Below are positions 8,349 through 13,785 of a stretch of 13,785 nt of DNA, piece after piece (the first letter of the stretch is position 1; the number at the start of each line of letters is the position of its first letter). Below the pieces are notes generated by a model. The model did not search any database. It saw nothing but the letters and a program-made list of their open reading frames with translations, and had not been told where the DNA came from. This stretch comes from Candidatus Thorarchaeota archaeon (GTDB lineage: Archaea; Asgardarchaeota; Thorarchaeia; Thorarchaeales; Thorarchaeaceae): NCBI GenBank assembly GCA_020348985.1, contig CP070761.1, forward strand, positions 2,419,202-2,432,986. Direction: 5' to 3'. The position numbers and the translations under genes were made by a program.

Positions 8349-9323
8349 ATGAAAGCGATAGTATTCGAGAAGTATGGACCTCCTGAGGTTCTACAGATCA
8401 AGGACGTCGAGAAGCCAACTCCGAAGGAGAACGAGGTTCTGATCAGAGTCTATGCAACATCAATAACAGCTGCTGACTGGCGTATGCGAAAGACCGACCC
8501 GTTCTTGGCCAGGATGATTAACGGTCTCTTGAGACCTAGGAAGTTCAATATCCTAGGTATCGAGCTGGCCGGAGAAGTTGAAGAAGTCGGATATGAGGTT
8601 ACTCAGTTTAAGCCGGGCGACCAAGTCTTTGGGACTACCGGCTTCACATTCGGTGCTTACGCTGAATACGTTTGTCTGCCTGAAAGTGGCTCCTTCACAC
8701 AAAGACCAGCAAATCTGCCCTTTGAGGAGGCTGCCGCTGTGCCCGTAGGGGCAGATACGGCTTGGTTCTTCCTGAGAACACAAGGGAACATTCAGAGTGG
8801 ACAAAAACTGCTCATCTACGGTGCTTCGAGCAGCGTAGGAAGCTATGCCGTTCAGCTTGCCAAGTACCTCGGAGCGGAGACAACGGCCGTCTGTAGCACG
8901 GCTAACCAAGAGTGGGTGAAGAATCTTGGAGCTGACAAGATGATAGACTACACAAGAGAAGACTTCACCCAGAGCGGGGAGAAATACGATGCGATATTTG
9001 ATGCCGTGGGCAAGCTTTCGATACGTGGTTCCATGAAATCACTGAAGGAAGGTGGAGTCTTTCTCGACGCAGTTGGCATGATGAGACGAACTGTTCAAGC
9101 GAAACTGGCTACGGCAAGAAGCAGCAAGAGAGTATTTGGTGGCACAGCGACCGGGAAGGCAGAAGATTTGGTCTTCTACAGGGAACTAATCGAAGCTGGA
9201 AAGCTGAAGCCGGTCATAGATAGACGTTATCCATTGGAGGAAATTGTCGAGGCCACCAATTATGTTGAAACGGGCCGTAAGAAAGGAAATGTGGTAATAA
9301 CTCTGGGCCATCTTTGGGAGTAG
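8349..9323 (+). CDS. NAD(P)-dependent MDR-family oxidoreductase (zinc-independent, quinone-oxidoreductase-like), copy 1
   Basis: [15 protein letters not shown] start with [22 protein letters not shown] nucleotide-binding loop, [25 protein letters not shown]. No catalytic-Zn Cys or GHE motif. Confidence 0.92.
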   Translation: MKAIVFEKYGPPEVLQIKDVEKPTPKENEVLIRVYATSITAADWRMRKTDPFLARMINGLLRPRKFNILGIELAGEVEEVGYEVTQFKPGDQVFGTTGFTFGAYAEYVCLPESGSFTQRPANLPFEEAAAVPVGADTAWFFLRTQGNIQSGQKLLIYGASSSVGSYAVQLAKYLGAETTAVCSTANQEWVKNLGADKMIDYTREDFTQSGEKYDAIFDAVGKLSIRGSMKSLKEGGVFLDAVGMMRRTVQAKLATARSSKRVFGGTATGKAEDLVFYRELIEAGKLKPVIDRRYPLEEIVEATNYVETGRKKGNVVITLGHLWE

Positions 9324-9347
9324 CTTGAAGGAAAAGGACTGGCATAG

Positions 9348-10445
9348 TTGACAGAATACAGATACGAGATGGGTCCCATAAGACCTCCAAGCGAGGCTAG
9401 AAGTCTCCTACTTCGAGTGACCCGTAACTGCGAATGGAACCGATGCCGATTCTGCCCGGTATACAAGGATGCTGAATTCTCAGTTCGCGAACTCGAGCAC
9501 ATTCTACGTGATATTGACTACGTTCGTGAGTACACCGATTTCCTTCAGAATCCCACGGCAGGTCTGGATGTCGAGGAACCACTTGCATATGACACTGCAA
9601 TGCATTGGATTAGTCACGGAATGAAGTCAGTGTTTCTTCAAGACGCGGATTCATTGGTTATTGGAGCCGAGAATCTCTCAAGGATTCTCAACCATTTGCG
9701 AGTGTGTTTCCCCAACATCGAGAGGATCACTTCCTATGCTCGTTCTTCAACATTGAACAAGATGAGCGTGGAAGACTTGGTCACCCTAAGGGAATCCGGA
9801 CTTACACGTATTCATGTTGGACTCGAGTCAGGTTCAGACAATGTACTCAAGATGGTGAGGAAAGGCGCCTCGAAGGCCATTCACATCAAAGCCGGACTGA
9901 TGGTGAAACATGCAGGAATGGAGCTGTCAGAGTACTTCATGCCCGGGCTGGGAGGCAGGAGTCTGTCGGATGAACATGCTATTGAGTCTGCTGATGCTCT
10001 GAACCAGATTGACCCCCACTTCATTCGATTGCGTCCGCTTGCTCTTCCTGTTCGAGCTCCTCTGTACGAACTCATGACCTCTGGTCAATTTGACCGGTGT
10101 ACCGACATCGATGTAGTTCAGGAGCTTCACACTTTCATCACGAGACTGGAAAATGTCTCAAGCTACCTTGTGAGCGACCATATTCTGAATCTCTTTGCTG
10201 ACCTCAACGGACAACTTCCTGAGGCGAAGACCCACTTGCTATCGATACTGCAACAGTTCACTGACTTGGATGAAAGAGAGCAGATGGTGTACCGGTTTGG
10301 TCGACGACTCGGAGTCTTCACAAGCTTGGAGGATTTGAGCGATGATTCGCGCAGAACCAGAGTCAGCCAGGTCATGTCCGAAAACAATGTGACTCGTGAG
10401 AACATCGATGGCTACATAGATCAAATGATGCAACGATTCATGTGA
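9348..10445 (+). CDS. Radical SAM protein (uncharacterised RPPSEA subgroup, CX4CX2C)
   Basis: IRPPSEARSLLLRVTRNCEWNRCRFC, VFLQDAD, ITSYAR, IHVGLESG, MPGLGG, SDHILN. TTG start 24 bp after the MDR copy 1 stop. Confidence 0.92.
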   Translation: MTEYRYEMGPIRPPSEARSLLLRVTRNCEWNRCRFCPVYKDAEFSVRELEHILRDIDYVREYTDFLQNPTAGLDVEEPLAYDTAMHWISHGMKSVFLQDADSLVIGAENLSRILNHLRVCFPNIERITSYARSSTLNKMSVEDLVTLRESGLTRIHVGLESGSDNVLKMVRKGASKAIHIKAGLMVKHAGMELSEYFMPGLGGRSLSDEHAIESADALNQIDPHFIRLRPLALPVRAPLYELMTSGQFDRCTDIDVVQELHTFITRLENVSSYLVSDHILNLFADLNGQLPEAKTHLLSILQQFTDLDEREQMVYRFGRRLGVFTSLEDLSDDSRRTRVSQVMSENNVTRENIDGYIDQMMQRFM

Positions 10446-10463
10446 AGTGACCCTTTTCAAGAA

Positions 10464-10489
10464 CAGATATATCCCGGAGAACGCGACTC
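10464..10489 (+). promoter_or_regulatory. TATA-like box plus downstream dyad, copy A of a shared motif (CAGATATAnCnnnGAGAAnnCGnnTC)
   Basis: 18 of 26 positions identical, ungapped, to 11262-11287. Includes the start of the GGAG-N7-CTCC inverted repeat. Confidence 0.5.
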
Positions 10490-10558
10490 CTCGAGGTGAA
10501 GATTGGGTCCCAAGATAGGGAGTCTACAGTTTTCAAAGAGAAAGCAGAGGGACAGAGG

Positions 10559-11233
10559 ATGAACTCAGAAATAAACGCGGCAAGAATGACAGGAATACTA
10601 TTCATAGCTGCCACTGGTGCAGCCATAGTAAGTGGAGCCTTCTTGTTGCCAATTCTAGAAGCTCCGGATTACTTGGCGCAGATTTCTGCAAATCAAACTC
10701 AAGTGATGTTAGGGGCACTCTTCTATTTCATCATGGCCGCTGCAGGAGCTGCCATTGTGATACCGATGTATCCAATCCTGAAGAAGCATAGCGAAAGCAT
10801 GGCCCTTGGGGCAGTTGGGTTCAGGCTTATTGAGGGTGCGATCTTTATGGTTGGCGTGTTCCTCGTTATGGCTTTGGTGCCGCTGAGTCAGGGATTTGTA
10901 GATGCAGGGTCACCAGCTGATTCCGCTTTTCAAACAATAGGCGCAATACTAGTTTCAGGATACACGATAGATCATGCTGTTGTGCCAGCAGTTTTCGCAT
11001 TCAGTATTGGCGCCTTGATGTACTACTTCATATTCTATCAATCCAAACTCGTTCCCAGATGGCTATCAGTCTGGGGGATTATTGGAGTCTTGTTGGGAGT
11101 AGCGAACGGGCTCCTAGATATGTTCGGCGGTGTCCCGTTTGAAGCGATATCGATGTTGTTGGATCTTCCAATCTTTGTGAATGAAATGGTTCTCGCGGTA
11201 TGGTTGATAGTGAAAGGATTTGACTCTTCGTAG
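10559..11233 (+). CDS. DUF4386 family membrane protein
   Basis: Most canonical copy: AARMTGILFI, PDYLAQISAN, MYPILKKHSESMALG, FRLIEG, SKLVPRWLSVWG, NEMVLAVWLIVKGF. ATG 10559 with GAGG upstream is preferred over GTG 10496. Confidence 0.9.
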   Translation: MNSEINAARMTGILFIAATGAAIVSGAFLLPILEAPDYLAQISANQTQVMLGALFYFIMAAAGAAIVIPMYPILKKHSESMALGAVGFRLIEGAIFMVGVFLVMALVPLSQGFVDAGSPADSAFQTIGAILVSGYTIDHAVVPAVFAFSIGALMYYFIFYQSKLVPRWLSVWGIIGVLLGVANGLLDMFGGVPFEAISMLLDLPIFVNEMVLAVWLIVKGFDSS

Positions 11234-11261
11234 CAAAAGCAGACCCGACGTTGCTCAGAAG

Positions 11262-11290
11262 CAGATATAACTGAGAGAAGACGTTTCTCA
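11262..11290 (+). promoter_or_regulatory. TATA-like box plus inverted repeat, copy B of the shared motif
   Basis: CAGATATAAC followed by the TGAGA-N9-TCTCA dyad at 11272-11290, upstream of MDR copy 2. Confidence 0.5.
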
Positions 11291-11311
11291 AAGTTTAGGA
11301 ATGATTCCCAG

Positions 11312-12229
11312 ATGAAAGCGGCTGTTTACGAGGAGTACGGACCTCCAGAAGTTGTTCATATTAAAGTGATTGAGAAACCTGTACCCAAGGAAAATGAAGT
11401 TCTCGTGAAGGTAATTGCTACGACTGTATCCAGAGGGGATTCGAGGATGCGCGGTCTCGATATCCCTGGCAATGCCTTCGTGCGTTTCATAGCGCGAATA
11501 TTCCTGGGCTTCAGGAAACCAAAGAGACCTATCCTTGGAATGCAGCTGGCTGGTGATATCGAGGCAATCGGCAAAGACGTGAGCAGGTTCAAGATAGGAG
11601 ACCCAATCTTTGCGTCCACCTATGGGAGCGGGATGGGTGCTCATGCGGAATACAAGTGTCTGCCTGAAGATGAAGTGATGGCAATAAAGCCGACTAACAT
11701 GTCCTTTGAAGAAGCCGCCACGGTTCCCACTCCGGGAATTGGAGCATTGAGCCAGCTTCGAAAGGCAAACATCCAGCCTGGTCACCAAGTCTTGATCTAT
11801 GGTGCTTCAGGGAGTGTTGGGACATTCGCTGTGCAAATCGCAAAAACATTCAATTCCATAGTGACAGGTGTATGCAGTACGACGAATCTCGAGCTGGTGA
11901 GATCTCTAGGGGCCGACAGACTGATTGATCGCACCAAGGATTCTTTCACAGAAAGCGGCGAGACCTATGATGTCATCTTTGATGCAGTGGGTAAGATTTC
12001 AAAGTCACAATGCAAGGGAGCGCTAAAGGAGAATGGAGTCTTTCTTAGCATAACCGGTCAAAGTCCCGAAAAGACCGAAGAACTAGTTTACCTCAAAGAG
12101 CTCATTGAGGCAGGAAAGGTGAGGTCAGTTATTGACAGAACCTATCCCCTAGACGAGATTGTGGAGGCCTACAGGTATGTCGATACGGGTCGCAAGAAAG
12201 GAAACGTAGTCATAAGACTGGTACAGTGA
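11312..12229 (+). CDS. NAD(P)-dependent MDR-family oxidoreductase (zinc-independent), copy 2
   Basis: [52 protein letters not shown]. Clear paralogue of 8349-9323. Confidence 0.92.
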   Translation: MKAAVYEEYGPPEVVHIKVIEKPVPKENEVLVKVIATTVSRGDSRMRGLDIPGNAFVRFIARIFLGFRKPKRPILGMQLAGDIEAIGKDVSRFKIGDPIFASTYGSGMGAHAEYKCLPEDEVMAIKPTNMSFEEAATVPTPGIGALSQLRKANIQPGHQVLIYGASGSVGTFAVQIAKTFNSIVTGVCSTTNLELVRSLGADRLIDRTKDSFTESGETYDVIFDAVGKISKSQCKGALKENGVFLSITGQSPEKTEELVYLKELIEAGKVRSVIDRTYPLDEIVEAYRYVDTGRKKGNVVIRLVQ

Positions 12230-12246
12230 TCGATAGGGTGTGCGCT

Positions 12247-12513
12247 TTGGTGCTAGACGAAGTGAAGCAAAGAGAGAGTTTCACAAATAGTGATGTAGCA
12301 TTAGTGATGTCACAGCTCTTCCACCTGTTCTTTGGTGGGTATCTGATAGGTCTGGATCAATTCTACTAGAATGATATGGAGAGCGCCTTGTCAGTCTTGT
12401 TGATATACGTCACAGTAGGCTTCCTCACAACCATGTTCGTGAGAGAGTTGGGTATTGCTTTGTGGAGCAACAATCTGGTCCAAAGAATCCTTATGGCAAA
12501 GGGATTGGCTTAG
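12247..12513 (+). pseudogene. Probable degraded small membrane-protein gene with an internal TAG at 12367-12369
   Basis: Reads LVLDEVKQRESFTNSDVALVMSQLFHLFFGGYLIGLDQFY*NDMESALSVLLIYVTVGFLTTMFVRELGIALWSNNLVQRILMAKGLA*. Hydrophobic segments on both sides of the stop. GGGTG SD-like element precedes TTG 12247/GTG 12250, and the frame is also open back to GTG 12226 overlapping the MDR stop. Confidence 0.5.
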
Positions 12514-12543
12514 GTAACTTCTTCAGAAAGACCTAGAACTAAT

Positions 12544-13278
12544 TCAGGGATTTCTCGCAAAAGCGGAAATCAAATCCTGAATTCGCTCAAACAGGGTTGT
12601 TGGCTTCAGCCCAATCAAATCTAGCTCAGAATCTCGCAGCTTTATCTCTTCAGCCATTCCACTCATGAACATGTACGCGAATTGGGCGATATGAGACTCT
12701 TCTAACTCATTGACAATTGTACCATCTGCCTTGCCTTTCTTGATTACCTTGATCCACGTATCTCTATTTCTCAACAATTGAGAATAGAATCGGACCAAGT
12801 AGGGTTCTTCGATCTCCTTTAGAAATCTCTCAAATCTAGGTCTTCCAACTCCTTTCTTGATTTCTGCGGCCCACTCTTTGAGAGAGATGTCACTTTGGTT
12901 TATTCGAGCGAAGAACTCTCGAAGTATTGAAAATATCAAAGGTTTGGCAATTCCGTCTTCAAATGCAGTTACCACAAGCTGCATGTATTGATCGAAACCA
13001 GTTAGATCATTTGGGAAATTCTCTTCATTGTAGTCATTTATAGCAATGAATTGACGAATGCCGAGCTCAAAAAAGATCGCATCTTTGTTTTTGAAATAGT
13101 TGTACAGTGTAGTTCGACTAACAAAGGCCGCTTCGGCTATCTCCTCTAGATTGACTTCATCCATTGGTCTTTTTGAGAAGAATTCCTCTGCCGCGATTAG
13201 AATTGCTTGTTCTGTTCTTTCCTTCTTCCTAGCACGTAGTTTCTTCTTTTTCAAATCGTTTCCTCGATCAGTTGTCAT
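12544..13278 (-). CDS. TetR/AcrR family transcriptional regulator
   Basis: N-terminal HTH AILIAAEEFF...VNLEEIAEAAFVSRTTLYNYFKNKDAIF. Helical C-terminal domain ending IKKGKADGTI. Confidence 0.95.
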   Translation of the reverse strand: MTTDRGNDLKKKKLRARKKERTEQAILIAAEEFFSKRPMDEVNLEEIAEAAFVSRTTLYNYFKNKDAIFFELGIRQFIAINDYNEENFPNDLTGFDQYMQLVVTAFEDGIAKPLIFSILREFFARINQSDISLKEWAAEIKKGVGRPRFERFLKEIEEPYLVRFYSQLLRNRDTWIKVIKKGKADGTIVNELEESHIAQFAYMFMSGMAEEIKLRDSELDLIGLKPTTLFERIQDLISAFARNP

Positions 13279-13301
13279 TTCACATACTACTAGTGTACAT
13301 G

Positions 13302-13314
13302 GTTTATAACTTTT
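13302..13314 (-). promoter_or_regulatory. BRE-TATA (AAAAG-TTATAAA) for tetR
   Basis: The minus strand reads AAAAGTTATAAAC about 25 bp upstream of ATG 13278. Confidence 0.65.
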
Positions 13315-13342
13315 TACATGGATAATAAATAAATACTATAAA

Positions 13343-13396
13343 TACAAATTTGTACTTAGCGTATATATTTATATACTGTGTTGTACAATACTATAC
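13343..13396 (+). promoter_or_regulatory. TATA box (TTTATATA, 13368-13375) flanked by TAC-N6-GTA palindromes; candidate TetR operators
   Basis: Perfect 12-bp palindrome TACAAATTTGTA at 13343-13354, TACTGTGTTGTA at 13374-13385, and GTATATA-TT-TATATAC at 13361-13376. Confidence 0.62.
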
Positions 13397-13443
13397 TCGT
13401 TCATCTGCTCTGGCAGATGGCGTCTGAAAAGGGGAAAAGAAGA

Positions 13444-13785
13444 ATGAACTCGAATTCTTTCGAAGATTTCAAAATCAATGTGAAGATTAGACTCTCCGCC
13501 ATATGGATAACTCTGATGTTTGCTTATTCATATGCAGATGTATTGGGCTTCTATTCACCAGGTAATCTGGCTGAGATTCTTACGGGTGAAATTGCCGGTG
13601 TGCCGTTGACACAGGAGATGCTTTTAGCAATGGCAATAATGATGGCACTTCCAATTCTCATGGTGATCCTATCCCTGATATTGATGCCTAAGTTGAATCG
13701 TGCACTTAACATCGTCATAGGAATTTTCCAGATTGTTGTTCTATTTGCTACATTTCTAAACACAATTACAGCCTATTATGTTGTA
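13444..13785 (+). CDS. DUF6326-like membrane protein, truncated by the window edge
   Basis: Not in the ORF track because it has no stop in the window. Reads MNSNSFEDFKINVKIRLSAIWITLMFAYSYADVLGFYSPGNLAEILTGEIAGVPLTQEMLL...PILMVILSLILMPKLNRALNIVIG, with the LSxxW...YAD...P...NRxxNI pattern of the family. Alternative in-frame ATG at 13417. Confidence 0.85.
   Translation, partial: MNSNSFEDFKINVKIRLSAIWITLMFAYSYADVLGFYSPGNLAEILTGEIAGVPLTQEMLLAMAIMMALPILMVILSLILMPKLNRALNIVIGIFQIVVLFATFLNTITAYYVV

Noticed and set aside
98-12546. Selenocysteine readthrough at TGA-ending genes
   Set aside because: Each TGA falls at the expected family C-terminus, and I recognised no SECIS-like element or redox motif context.
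500-13763. Many short ORFs in the track (e.g. 500-769, 1167-1568, 3690-4055, 5631-6032, 8553-8909, 11288-11788, 13551-13763)
   Set aside because: They are antisense or alternate-frame shadows of well-supported genes and have no recognisable motifs.
1-13785. CRISPR array, tRNA/rRNA, IS elements, defence-system genes, RiPP precursor for the radical SAM
   Set aside because: I saw no periodic direct repeats, cloverleaf motifs, transposase/integrase or nuclease motifs. The radical SAM lacks a Cys-rich SPASM domain and has no adjacent plausible precursor peptide.

Overview
Gene-dense archaeal window. TATA/BRE-type promoters, several apparently leaderless starts, TAG/TGA-only stops and the protein families suggest an Asgard archaeon, possibly Thorarchaeia-like; this assignment is an inference. 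The left third encodes small-molecule-modifying enzymes: an amidohydrolase, a DinB-family protein, an ATC-hydrolase-like protein, a SAM methyltransferase with a Cys/His-rich N-terminal domain, and a two-domain GNAT. The rest is dominated by uncharacterised membrane proteins. These are four DUF4386-like paralogues (one fused to a C-terminal winged-helix-like domain), a 4-TM protein and a DUF6326-like protein. They are interleaved with two zinc-independent MDR oxidoreductases, a CX4CX2C radical SAM enzyme, and a TetR regulator whose divergent intergenic region holds a phased palindrome array. A membrane-protein reading frame broken by an amber codon (12247-12513) and two edge-truncated genes are missing from the ORF track. 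I saw no rRNA, tRNA, CRISPR array or transposase. All family calls come from motif recognition by eye, not from database searches.
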